A DNA stretch of 64,000 nt from Octopus vulgaris (GCA_951406725.2 OX597826.1:80352001-80416000); one strand, 5' to 3'; shown: positions 13,429-26,521, numbered from the stretch's first letter. Notes: a model not told the origin generated them from the letters alone. Numbers and translations: made by a program.

Positions 13429-13877
13429 TCTCTTAGCCGTAGAGAAAAGGAGTGAAGCGATAGAGACAGAGAAAGGAAAGCATCAGTCATTTAAAATGGC
13501 AATTAGACTGAAACACGATCGATCTTTTCTAGCTTTTTTACTTTAAAAATGAAGAAGAGGGAAAGACATTTAGTAAAGAATGGAGAGAAAGTCTTTCAGG
13601 CGTTTGCGTTTTCATTCTTGGAGTTCTAGAACAATCAAGTGTTAGTTTTCTCTTCTTTCCCCCACCCCCGCTACTTATTCGCCTTCTTTCATAGTTCTTT
13701 ATGTTTTTAAGTTGGAGGGAAAGACCATGTTTCCTTCCTTTTTTTTTTCATACAAAACTAAGGCAAATTTCGAACGGGGTATAGCTGTGAAAAGAGCCCA
13801 GAAATGTGGGTAATACCCCCTACAAAATTGGGGGGGGTGCCAACAGGTGGCTACACGAAATTCAACGCTGTACTTTA

Positions 13878-14165
13878 AAGAGTGTTTTCTACTATAACCT
13901 CGAGCCGACCAAAGCCTCGTGAGTGAATTTGGTAGACGGAAACTGAAAGAAGCCCGTCATATGTATATACACATGTGTGTGTGTGTTTGTCCCACCACCA
14001 CCATTGCTTGATAACCGATTTTGGTGTGTTTGCGTCCCCGTAACTTAGCTATTCGACAGAAGAGACAGATGGAATAAGCACCAGGCTTACAAGGAATAAC
14101 CCCAGAGATCGATTACTCCAGCATGGTCACCGTCAAATGACTGAAACAAGTAAAAGAATAAAAGA
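13878..14165 (+). mobile_element. SINE family A, 5'-truncated
   Basis: ttctactataacctcgagccgaccaaagcc...gtcaaatgactgaaacaagtaaaagaataaaagaa. Confidence 0.85.
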
Positions 14166-14659
14166 ATACCAGAAGAGCATTCTGCACCACTAAACCAAGA
14201 GGGCGCTTTGAATATGTATGGTGTATTTTAAGGCTTAATGGTAATTCTGTTTATGTTTGATTAACTGAGATATTTTGGTTGGATTATATAGTTATCGGTT
14301 TTACACGTCTTTCAATATTCTGTAACTGTCACTATATAGAAATATTTCTCATGGCACCAGCACACAATTTACGAATGCTTTCTCTTTTTATATTTTCCAT
14401 GAACTTTTTACAGGTCCAACTGGTTATTATTATTATTAAACAAGAATGTTGTTTTCTCAGTGACTTCGAAATTTCGGCCAGCTAACCCTTCGCCTAAACT
14501 TCGAAGTCACTGCCTTCAAAAAGTATAGAGTAACCCATCAGATTAATGTTAAATCATTTTTATTATAGTCTATGCATGTGTTTTGCAAGATTCTTGATGT
14601 GAACTCGTGTGTTGAAGCAATGATTTTATTATAGCTGAACATAAAAACAAACATTAATA

Positions 14660-14820
14660 TGGCGTAGCTGTGTGGTAAGAAGCTTGCATCCCAACCACCT
14701 GGTTCCGGGTCCAGTCCCACTGCGTGGCACCTTGGGCAGGTACCTTCTACTATAGCCTCGAGCCGGCCAAAGCCTCGTGAGTGGATTTGGTAGACGGAAG
14801 CTGAAAGAAGCCTGTCGTAT
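14660..14820 (+). mobile_element. SINE family A, 5' half
   Basis: gctgtgtggtaagaagcttgc...ggttccgggtccagtcccactgcgtggcaccttgggcagg. Confidence 0.85.
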
Positions 14821-14850
14821 GTGTGTGTGTGTGTATGTATGTATGTATGC

Positions 14851-14882
<32 letters not shown>

Positions 14883-14903
14883 ATATATATATATCTATAT
14901 ATA

Positions 14904-14939
<36 letters not shown>

Positions 14940-15914
14940 TATATAATGAATGATGGAAGTCTCTCGTCGATTGAGAAAGACTGTCCTGCCATTTCCATCT
15001 GAACAACCTGAACACATGATTTGTTTATTGTGATCAAATGTCTGAGCTTTCCATTAGCTCAGTCCCGCCTTCAAATCGACATTGCTTGAACCAGTGCGCG
15101 GGATATCGCACATCATAACAGTTCGCAGCGTTTACCTTCCGGTGTCTGCTGCTGAAGATGGGACAACCACTCTGAAATGCATGCGTCTAAATGTCTGGTT
15201 AGGATGCACTGTGAGCTGAAGTGAATGCTGATAACTATTTATCTGCAGTGGGGAAATTTTCTCCATGACAAAATACAGTCAATTGCTTTTGCTGTTCGAA
15301 TGTGCCTCCAGCATATTTGAACTGGTAACAATTTGAACTTCTACACGCCATTGTTTAGCGTAGTCACTTCGTGGAGTAAGAGAACGCATTGTCCTTCAGA
15401 CTGATTGCTTTCCTCTGAGAAGCAGCTGATGAAAATGCGTGGGAAGATCGTATTCAAAGTTTGCTTTGATGTGAAAGGATGGAAAAGTACACTCCAGAGA
15501 GGTGATTGTTATTAATTGTCTGTTATAAGCGCTTTGAATTGAAAATATGGATTAAAAAAAACATAAAGCAGGGTGAGGTTACTTTAGTCAATACTAAGTT
15601 AAAATGCTCTGAGAGTTACTTCGATAGTAATTGATGAGATGGCGTAGGAAGGAAGGGCGTTCCAGTAAGGAGAGTCTCCACCCATAACAGAATGATTTTG
15701 TTGTTTTTCCTTTTCTTTTCCGATTTTTGTTTTTATGTAATGGTTTGGGTGGTTTTTATGTGGTTGGATTGCCAGGGGTGTTGTAAGGGAGGAGGCAGGC
15801 GTGATACGATTATCAGAATATATGTAGGCGAGAGAACGACTTAGCGGAAAGACAGGATTTCAAACAGGAACGGTTTTCTGTGGTGTTCTGCTTGCAGATA
15901 GGTATACCGAGGGG

Positions 15915-16245
15915 AAAACACACACATACACACACGTATACACACCAACACACACACACACACGCACACACACACACACACGTATACACACCAACACACA
16001 CACGTATACACACCAACACAAACACACACACACGTATACACACCAACACACACACACGCACACACACACACACACGTATACACACCAACACACACATGTA
16101 TACACACCAACACACACACACACACACACACACACGTATACACACCAACACAAACACACACATGCACACGTATACACACCAACACACACACACACACGCA
16201 CACACGCACACGCACACTCAAACAGACACGTATACACACAAACAC
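15915..16245. repeat. Compound minisatellite built from (CA)n
   Basis: About 7-8 repeats of cgtatacacaccaa embedded in variable (CA)n spacers. Confidence 0.9.
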
Positions 16246-17027
16246 ACACACATACATAAATACATATGTAGGTGTGTGAGTATATACGCTTATATAAATA
16301 TTTATGAATATGTGTGTGGTGTATGTATATATTGTATTTATCATAAGTGTGTGCATCTTTACATACGTGTATATATATATATATATATGTGTGGGGGGGG
16401 GGTGTTTGTGTGTGTGTGATGAATGTTTTATTTTATCTTATGATATTATGTCATATATTACAATATATCCTATTGTACTGTATTCTGTTATATCATGTTA
16501 TATTATTTTATTTCATTTCATATTATATAGCAAACGTGTGTATATGTTTGTGTGGGGCTAATCCCGAAAGTTGTTCATGTTTGAGTAGGAGGCGAAGCGT
16601 GTAGGAGGCAAGCAGGCAGACAGGCGAACGTCGAGGAGTTTCAACGATCGTTGTCACTTCCGGTTTAGGCAATCAATAGTGCATTATGTCATCGTTTTTG
16701 GAAAGAGCTGGTGAATTTATAATGATTACTGTTCGTTACTGATTGAGTTAATATTCCTGTAACGCTATTCCACACGGACACAACAAACTCAACTCCATTA
16801 ATGTACTTGGCATATATCTTCTGTTCCATAATGATAGGACTTACATAATAATTTCTCGATACATGATGCAATAGCACTTAAAAACACATAGACACACACA
16901 CACGCACACAGACACACAAACGTACAGACGTATACATATACAAACTAACATATATACACGCAATCATATTAAACATTTACAAAATCAGTTGTCTTTTAAA
17001 ACAATTAAACATATAGAGAGAGAGGTT

Positions 17028-17335
17028 GTGAGCACGCATGGCCTAGTGGTTAGGATGTCGCACTCACTATCGAGGGATCGTGGTTTCAATTCTTAGATCG
17101 GGTGGTGTGTTGTGATCTTGAGCAAAGCACTACATCTCACGTTGCTTTGCAATCACTTCGACACCTGGTGCGTGGCACACCGTGCCCCAGTTCAGACAAC
17201 CTCGATTTGATGGAGGAGAGTGAGCTAATATGCGGCACATATCTTTGATCACGAAAAACAAATCATTTGTGCAGATCGTTTGGCAAGAAGACTTAATATT
17301 CATACGTCGCCTTCGACGAGGGAGGGGAAAGTCCA
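17028..17335 (+). mobile_element. SINE family D (tRNA-derived)
   Basis: A box tggcctagtgg, B-like ggtttcaattc, CORE-like cttgagcaaagcac; its 3' part has an inverted homolog at ~14955-15080. Confidence 0.7.
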
Positions 17336-17343
17336 TCATGTAT

Positions 17344-17510
17344 CAGGAGTGTGGTAAGTAGCTTGTTTACCAACCACATGGTTCCGGGTTCAGTCCCACT
17401 GCGTGGCACCTTGGGCAAGTGTCTTCTACTATAGCTTCGGGTCGATCAAAGCTTTGTGAGTGGATTTGGTAGACGGAAACTGAAAGAAGCCCGTCGTATA
17501 TATGTATATG

Positions 17511-17545
<35 letters not shown>

Positions 17546-17758
17546 TTGTGTGTCTGCGTTTATCTCCCCTCCACCATCGCTCAACAACCGATGCTGGTGT
17601 GCTTACGTCCCCGTAACTTAGCGGTGTAGCAAAACAGACCGATAGAATATGTACTAGGGTTACAAAGAATAAGTCCTGGGGTCGATTTGCTCGACTAAAG
17701 GCGGTGCTCCAGCATAGCAGCAGTCAAATGACTGAAATAAGTAAAAGAGAGTAAAGAG

Positions 17759-17760
<2 letters not shown>
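17344..17760 (+). mobile_element. SINE family A, full length (CORE-like, OR2-type octopus SINE)
   Basis: tRNA-like head with B box ggttcagtccc, accttgggcaagt CORE-like motif, internal (TA)/(TG)n, 3' tail ending gtaaaagagagtaaagagt. The OR2 resemblance is from recall. Confidence 0.9.
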
Positions 17761-17823
<63 letters not shown>

Positions 17824-17824
<1 letters not shown>

Positions 17825-18005
17825 TTCGAATTTATAAAAAGACAAAATACGAAGACAGGTGTGTAAACAACAAACAGGTGTATCAGTTTAATGCTCGGGA
17901 AGGTGAGGAAGTTTTTTACGTTTCGAGCCGACGCTCTTTAACAGAAAGAAACGCTAGAAAATAAGCAGAGAGAGAATAAAAATTGCTTTAGTAGCTAGCG
18001 TTCAA
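17824..18005 (-). mobile_element. Family H1 short element (second copy)
   Basis: acaggtgtgtaaacaacaaacaggtgta...tacgtttcgagccgacgctc shared with the 6328 copy; follows (TA)n. Confidence 0.7.
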
Positions 18006-18620
18006 GATCTTTGTGTGTGTGTGTGTTGACTGAATTTTCACGAATTGTTCTAACAGAGTATATACTTTAGCACAACCAGCAAAAGGCCATAGTTCATATG
18101 CTGTCACCGAGACTGTGTCATATCGATGATCAAGATACTTAACTTGCAATTACCCCAGTTCAGCTGTGGATTAAGGCCACAGAGTAAGGGGTAACAAGTC
18201 ACTCCAACAAGCAGAGGTAGTACTGTAAAATAAACAAGTGTTTGCTAGCTTGCAATACCGCGTTCAACTCCTATTGTATGTGTGTGAGATGAGATCAGCC
18301 ATTACTGACCACTCAGATATTCTAAAAGGCGATGGCGATTTCAGCTCTCCCTCAGTGACTCGATGGACCATAGAGTGTTTGCTTTTATGTCATCCTATGT
18401 TTTGCATGATTAGATAATTTGTTTCCCATCTCTGGACATAATATAAAGTCAGAGTTATAACCTTAGAGTAAGGGATAAATTTCACGTTGAAATGTAATAC
18501 ACCTTGTGAAGATTCTATGGGGTTTTTTTTATCTCCTGAACATGTCGACTATGCCTCAACTGTGACTTTTACATAACAATCTGGAAATAATAGCCTGCGA
18601 TATTTCTTACTTAATAAATA

Positions 18621-18857
18621 CCGGGTGGCCCAAAACTAGGTTTACAGTTATTCGACTATCTCTTTCGCATTCATCTTTTAATCGTTTAGATCTTAATTAT
18701 AAAAAAAATATGAAGCCATTATTCTATGCTGATTTAGTTAACTTTGTCAAGCTCCCTTTTCAGTTTGTAAGATAGAAGTTTAAATGTAATAAAATGTTTT
18801 TTAAAGAAATTTAAAGTACCTACGTGATAAATGTTTACCTACTTTTGGACCACCCTG
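18621..18857. mobile_element. Tc1/mariner-type MITE with TA TSD
   Basis: TIRs ccgggtggcccaaaactaggtttaca / tgtttacctacttttggaccaccctg, flanked by TA on both sides. Confidence 0.8.
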
Positions 18858-19094
18858 TATAAAACCTAATCGAACTTCGGACTCCATGCAACAAGACCTG
18901 TAGAAAACCTAACAGCTAATGTTTATATATATCTGAGACCCCCTGCGTGTGTGTATGTGTGTGTATATAGATTCAAGTTCTCAAATTCCACATTTGTATT
19001 TGTATAGCTGGAATTTGCACAAAAGAACGCTTTTATACAAATATCAGTTGCAAATAAGAGAATAAATAATCTTTGCTCTCAAAAAACAGCTTTT

Positions 19095-19526
19095 TACATG
19101 GACGAAGGTAAGTTAAACCAAGAGCTCGTGCACAACCACACCAAAGACACAACGGAACATGATTCTCGTATCACAAACAACAAAAACCCAACGAACAGAG
19201 AAAAACTTGTTGCAGAACAATTCATCTCTTTAATTAACAAACTCTTCCACAAAGACAATAAAACTTTATAAACCATTCAACAAATACATTACAGAAACCA
19301 GTTCGTCCACGACCCTTCCATAACAAGTCATTCCTGTTGCATAACCAAAGTGTCTTTCAAAGAAAGACAAATCAAACCCGAAATAGTTTTAATTAATGAA
19401 ACATCCAGGATAACCAAGTGCATTGATAAGTGCATTGTGTGTCAGGTGACTGCAGCTGGAAATGCAGCAGGCCTCTGTTTTACTTCAGCTTGACTCAAAA
19501 TTCATTTGTGAGCCAAAACAAAGCTA

Positions 19527-19568
<42 letters not shown>

Positions 19569-20030
19569 ACACACACACACAAACATATATATATATGTAT
19601 GTATGCATGTATATGGATGTGTGTATGTATATATACACACACACATATATGTGTGTGTGTGTGTGGTTTATAAAAGAATGATAAATTATTTAATGGTGCA
19701 TTAACTAATGCATAATACGCAAATTTGTTTCACATTTTCAGCCGGAACCTGGGTTGTGTTTGATTTAAAAAGCGATTGCTGAGGGGTATTTAGCTTTCGA
19801 AGAGTGACCCTCTATTAAACAAAAGAAAGCGTATCGCATTCCATTTGAAAGACCTCACCGTTGACAACTTTAATATCTGGTCTATATTGCACTTCAGCGA
19901 GAGATCTCATATGCAAATTACAGTGACATGTGTAATGATGAAAACTATTTCTTCTTCATCAATACAACAATTACTTACAAGAAGATCAGAGTTAATTTCT
20001 AAGTATCGACATGAAAATAAGTACTAGCAC
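19095..20030 (+). pseudogene. Decayed Penelope-like element ORF fragments (RT-EN linker and GIY-YIG C-terminus)
   Basis: EQFISLINKLFHKDN-KLYKPFNK (cf. F..LI.KHFP..HKL.KIFN) near 19210 and NIWSIL...LLTRRSELISKYRHENKY* near 19990 (cf. LLNKRSELISKCRHxNK); interrupted by repeats. Confidence 0.65.
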
Positions 20031-20183
20031 ACCAACCTCAACAGAACTATGGAGCGATATTGAATGTAGACACTCAATAAACCAGATTCTGTGGGGCATC
20101 ACCCCATACGCATGAGAATCTTGGAAGTCAGCAATCGAAGAACTACAATAAAATTTACACACATATACTCACACACTTAATGT

Positions 20184-20234
<51 letters not shown>

Positions 20235-20237
<3 letters not shown>

Positions 20238-20766
20238 ATATTTCGGAATGGTCATTTTGCCAGTTTAGCCAATAAAAACACACGCACTATATATTTGGTG
20301 TTACTTTGCTTCAGTGTTATTTATTTTTTACATTTATCTTAATCTTATTTCGGCCAGAGTTCTTTCGTCACACTCCTGTGACCGCATCAGTGGTCCTTTG
20401 TTTTCTTCTTTCTTATTTGTGTCTCTCCTTACTAACCGTCAGCCATTTTGTATTTCTATTGTATGTCTTCATTTGCGCATGCTTATATCTCTATGTGCGT
20501 TTATGTTTATTTAGTGTGTGTATGTGGGGGATGCCTGTAATATTTGTATCTTCTGTTTATATATGTTCATGTAATTTGTAATTTTATATGTTCATGTAAT
20601 TTGTATTTTGTTTTTTGTTTTTGTTTTTGTTGTTTTTGTTTATTCTTATTTTGTTCATGTGTTTACATCCACCTATTATTATCATTACATATGCTTGTAT
20701 GTATGTATGTATGTATGTATGTATGTATAACAACAATACTAGTAATAATAATAATAAATTGAATCG

Positions 20767-20840
<74 letters not shown>

Positions 20841-21401
20841 TATATACATATATATATACATATATATATATATAGTTATTTATTTCTATTAGTTTATTTA
20901 TCTGTGTATTTATTATGTTTTCAGGATCCTCTATCGTCATATGTTGTGGTGTGTGTTAGTGCTCCATTCTAGTTTTCTATTCAGGCTAGGTTTATTTTCT
21001 ATTATGTGTGTAGCTTCTGTAATTTGTCTAATTGTTGCATCTGATCTATGTGTGGATAATATTTTAATTTCTATGTTATTGATTGATCCCCCGTATTCTT
21101 GTTCGGCGTGTTGGTACAGAATCGATGAGCTTTTACCTTCCTTGAGTTGTCTCCAATGCTCATTTACCCGCTCTCCTATGCTTCTTGCCGTTTCTCCTAC
21201 GTATGTCGTTGTCTTGTTACTGCATCGTCCCTCTATACATCTTATACTATAGACTACATTTCTGGTTTTACAGTTTGTATGTAGATGTAGATTTAGCCCA
21301 CAAACAAACTGTAAAGCCAGAAATGTAGTCTATAGTATAAGATGTATAGAGGGACGATGTGGTAACAAGACAACGACATACGTAGGGGAAACGGTAGGAG
21401 C
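20235..21401 (-). mobile_element. 5'-truncated Penelope-like element with terminal inversion
   Basis: GIY-YIG frame at 21278-20937, an inverted copy of its 5' part at 21304-21401, and a hammerhead-like motif downstream at 20396-20352; bounded by (TA)n on the left and interrupted by an SSR at ~20695-20875. Confidence 0.75.
20937..21278 (-). pseudogene. GIY-YIG endonuclease domain of a Penelope-like element (open frame, no start codon)
   Basis: 113 codons without a stop: TNCKTRNVVYSIRCIEGRCSNKTTTYVGETARSIGERVNEHW...[23 protein letters not shown]...*, showing the VVY/YVG, R, H, E and LN motifs. Confidence 0.9.
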
Positions 21402-21652
21402 TAGCTTTAAAATCCGCATGGAGTACAGCTTTTTAGCTTGTTTAAATTTTGATCTGTTTTGGGACAATGTTAAACAGAGCAGGGAAGAAAAGGGAGGAAA
21501 ATAAATTATATCGCAGTGTGCCTATATGTTGTGATCCTGAATTGGGCAGGAGGCATATGGCCCGTGTTCCCAGCCTTGGATGAACCTTGAAACTAGTATT
21601 ATACTATATTATATAAATACATATATATTATATATATATATATACACATAAA

Positions 21653-21700
<48 letters not shown>

Positions 21701-21953
21701 CATATATACATACATGCATATAGACAGAATGACAGACACACACACACAAACAGACAGACAGATAGATAGATAGATCTGTTGGGATATGTATATATCAAAA
21801 TTAGTTTATTCATGTATGTGTTTATATTTAGAAATAATGGTTTTATTTTTGCGTTTCTGTAATTGTAGAAAATCATTACAAATTTCTGTCCATAAATCAT
21901 TTCATTTATTTCCTTTCAGCGCCTCATTCTTATTGTTCAACTCCCCCCCCCCG

Positions 21954-21991
<38 letters not shown>

Positions 21992-22303
21992 CCTTCTTCT
22001 ACGTTCTCCCTTTCTCTCCTTTCGTCTCACTCACCTCAATCGCCTGCTATGTTTCTACAACCCTCTGCTTCTCTGGCCCGCTATAGACCAGCAGGCACAC
22101 ATTCACACACACACACACTCGCTTGTACATGCGCATACACACATACATACAATCGAACTATTTGAAGACCACCACTTGTCAGGCTATCCGTAATCGATCA
22201 GTGTAAATCTGCTCTCGATCGGATATGTGTGGAGATGCAAGCGTGGGCGAGGCAGCGTGTTGCTGTCTGTTTATAGATTTGATTGCATGCGAATTTGTAT
22301 ATA

Positions 22304-22339
<36 letters not shown>

Positions 22340-22500
22340 TGTATGTATGTATGTATGCATGCATGTATGTATGTATGTATGTATATATGTATGTATGTAT
22401 ATATGTATGTATGTATATATGTATGTATGTATATATGTATACATAGAGAGAGAGATAGATATTAATAGATATATATATGTATGTATTATATATATGTATT

Positions 22501-22539
<39 letters not shown>

Positions 22540-22576
22540 TATATATATGTATTTGTATTTATACATATATATATAT

Positions 22577-22642
<66 letters not shown>

Positions 22643-22753
22643 GTGTGTGTATATATATGTATATATATATACATATATATGTATAAATACATATACATAT
22701 ATGTATATAATATATATGTATATGGATGTATATATATACATATATATATATAT

Positions 22754-22792
<39 letters not shown>

Positions 22793-22866
22793 TAGATAGA
22801 TAGATAGATAGATATACATATGTATATATATGTGTGTGCATATGTATGTGTATGTACATATATGTA

Positions 22867-22929
<63 letters not shown>

Positions 22930-23177
22930 GAATAAACTTGGCTTTTAATATCTGTTCCATTTGTATCGCTTAAACATTAATCATATTTCTAAAATCCTTT
23001 TATGTCATTTTAATTATGAATTTCAGCACTTTAAATGGTTTTGCTTCATGCTCGGATGGATCAAGATGCGGTGTGTCGAACACATGTGTTTTGCTCTGCA
23101 TACAAGCACCTTCGCAGACACACACGCGCAACATATATATATATATACACACACACTCACACAGATATATATGTATA

Positions 23178-23230
<53 letters not shown>

Positions 23231-23473
23231 CAAATATATGAATACATATACCATAGTTTCTTACATACGTATAGACATACTTATATAACTGCACATGGAC
23301 AATCGTTATACTAAGCGAGTTTGGTGATAAACTAAAATGGACGATCTCCGTTGCCGTATCGCATTTTAAAAGTCGATAACTGTTCGAGGATTTTCACTTG
23401 CTTAGGACCACAACTGTAATTAAGATGCATTTTAATTGATATTGATACGAATTACTACTCACAAACATGTATG

Positions 23474-23537
<64 letters not shown>

Positions 23538-23577
23538 GTATGTCTGAATGTATGTATATATATGTGTGTGTGTATCC

Positions 23578-23613
<36 letters not shown>

Positions 23614-23835
23614 ATATATATATATATATATATATTATTTGTATATATTTGTATATATATGTGTGTGTGTTTGTGTGTTTCAGTCTGTGTATATATATAT
23701 ATATACACACACATATATATATAAATATATATGCATATATATATACGTATGAATATGTATGTATGTATGCATGTAAGTATGTATGTGTGCCTCCCCACTC
23801 TCTCCGTCTCTGTCCATCTCTCTATCCCTTTCTAA

Positions 23836-23866
<31 letters not shown>

Positions 23867-23879
23867 AATTACTCTTACT

Positions 23880-25308
23880 TCTGCCACCAGCTTAGCTCTC
23901 TTTATATTTCTATATGTGGAACCCTCTCAACCATGTCATCTCATACATGGTTTATAACTACTGCTCCAGTGCCCTCGGAATGTTGACGAGGCTACTGCAG
24001 CCAGTACGGAAAGAGATTCCAACACAGGAATTGTGCTTAACAGAGGTCATGTATGTACCTATGCAGAAGAAGGTATTATCAAGTGACCAATTCCATCTGA
24101 TATCCTTCTTTAATGTAGAAAGAAAGTATATGGCTGTGCGTTGGTAAAAAGCCTATCAAGGTTCCTTGCACTGAATGAATCTAAAGACATTTTAGTCAGT
24201 TTCTGGATTCTAGCAGGTTTTGGAGCTTCATTCGGTAAATTAATAAGGAAAAATACTGCTACCATATGGTGAACCCACGGGATTTGGTGGATTATATTGT
24301 TCTTGCAACCAGGCTATTCTGTTGACATGGATGCAGCAGCGAAGGCAGCAGAGATTCCACTCCCTTGGAATAAAAGCGATGATAGTTGCAGTGTATAAAA
24401 TATATAATTTAGACTTATCTGAACTCGAATGGATGCAAAACAAGTGTTTATTCGTCAGAATAACATATTGTGGAACGATATTGTGGCCAGAAGAATTTGT
24501 CTTATTCAGAGAGGGGAGATCTTGCGAAAATAGCAAAATGGCAGCAGCAGGACAAATGAAACTATTGTAGAACATTTTGTGTAAAATAGAACCAGTCACG
24601 TGGCGAGTTTATTTTTGAACAGCAGTGTACGACGTGCTTCTACGTTCGATTAATGTTAGTCGATGATGCTGGATTGACACTGGCTTTTGGTCGCAGTCTC
24701 TATATCATGGACAGTGGTGTATGGTACTACAAGTAGAGATGGGACATCATTGGTTTTGTAACAAGATCCAAGATGTTTTGCCTGGTTGGCATTGGGTTGC
24801 ATGCATGTGTTGCGAACGGGCGATTGAAAGAAATACTTGTCATAAATATGGCAGCTGTATCTGAGAGTAAGGCTAAAGAGGAGATCAAACATAAGAGCAA
24901 AGTAGTTACTAGATGGCTGATAGGGTTACAGTTGCATCTGGTTTTATGTGGAATCAGCATGGTTAACTGGGAGGGAAACGAGGTTGAGAATAGAGGAAAA
25001 GAGCCCCTATATTCCTTGGTAGCATTAAGCATTAACCAACAAGAATAGTTTGCCAGAATGTGTGTGCCAGACACCTTTTACTTAAACCGTAAGTTTTATT
25101 CCTATTTTCATTTTAGACAAGTATAAAACTAAGATAACTATATTTTAACACTCTTAGATTGTTAAAATATTGTTTAAAAAGCAATAAAATCATTTAAGCA
25201 TAAATTCGTCTGAGATTATCGTATTGTGGTCAAATGTACAAAAGGAGAAAATCGGTGCCGTCTTTGTATCCAAAGCTAACTGAAGCATTACCTTCTTCTG
25301 TGATATCT

Positions 25309-25369
<61 letters not shown>

Positions 25370-25440
25370 CCTCAGCTGATGATGAAGCGGGATCAAAAAC
25401 ATCTTCATTGCAATATAAATCTTTTCCCTCCGATAAGAGT
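23880..25440 (-). pseudogene. Highly decayed piggyBac-like transposase
   Basis: Frameshifted motif traces in expected order on the minus strand: acidic N-terminus, DKSKL, FIPRE..VESLLP..QYNPP (cf. DE.....GR...QY.P.KP), and GY...DNTFF...VG..R (cf. DNfFtS...GT.R). Confidence 0.45.
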
Positions 25441-25944
25441 CGCTTAACACATAGAATGCGACGGGACACGAACGTGGCCCAGATAGATTCATTTAATTTA
25501 TGGGCATTTGTTGGGGCCTAATGTCGCTCAAACGCTCCGATACCCCCCAGCATGACTTTCTAGATGATGTAAAACTTGCCACCATTATATACTAAGGAGA
25601 TATTTTAACTATTTTTTTTTTGTTTTTTATGTGTGTATGGTAGTCTAATTTTCATAAATAGTGCTCAGCAGCCCATGCTATGTAAGTGCAAATCCCAGCG
25701 CTTTATGGGTTAAACTTAGATGCAATTACCGAAGTTGGCCCTCAGGTATCAACTGATAACGGGCGCATCTATGTAAAACTCTGGAAACATCAATTGACAA
25801 TGCCCGTCGTTCAAACGTTAATGCTGCGCGACACCGAACTAACAAGCAATACTGACCGGAAGTCAGCATTGTGATTTCCAGTTGACAGCTGCGCGAATAC
25901 TGGCTATCAACTGTATATAGACAGAGAGTTTATTTTTGAGAATA

Positions 25945-26385
25945 AACTATCCATGTGAGTTGTTATTCCTGATGGAGTGTATTAGTCGCAGATTTCCTCT
26001 GCCGTAAAGCTTAATTCCTAACACGCCAGCTGAATTCAACTCGTCTCCAGTCGAAAGACGCCTGTTGTTATGTCCTGTTATTATTATTATTATTATTATT
26101 GTTTTTTTTGTATTATTTTTGTATTTATATTCGTGTAACATCGTCCGTTTTTCCGTCCTTGTTTCGTTCACATTCGATCCTTTTCCCAAGGAATCTAATG
26201 CTCTTAGCTTAGTTTTTCCTTCGGGCTGGCTAGATTGGAGCAATCTCAAGATTAATCAGCCGAAATTGCGAGGATGATCTGGTTCTTGACTGAAGATTAA
26301 AGGCTTCGAATGACCCGTCCGTGTTTTTTGTATCGTTTATCTGGATGTTTTGCGTTCTTGTCCCATTTTGCATTCATATATATAT
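25945..26385 (+). mobile_element. PLE-like 3' terminal segment (family H3)
   Basis: ccgaaattgcgaggatgatctggttcttgactgaagattaaaggcttcgaatgacccgtcc recurs inverted at 35650-35760 and diverged at ~57520-57580; ends in (TA)n. Confidence 0.6.
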
Positions 26386-26472
26386 ATAGCAGCGTTCGTA
26401 GACTTTGTTCTCTTATATGTAAGTTCTCTTATATATATAAATATATCGAGAGAGAGAGAGAGAGAGAGATGC

Positions 26473-26521
<49 letters not shown>

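Noticed and set aside
15140-15190. CUGAAGA...GAAA..GUC hammerhead-like string
   Set aside because: Stem II and stem I pairings are poor; at most a decayed PLE relic, so not reported as a ribozyme.
17344-17430. tRNA-like A/B boxes
   Set aside because: These are SINE heads continuing into SINE bodies; no complete cloverleaf, so they are not called tRNA genes.
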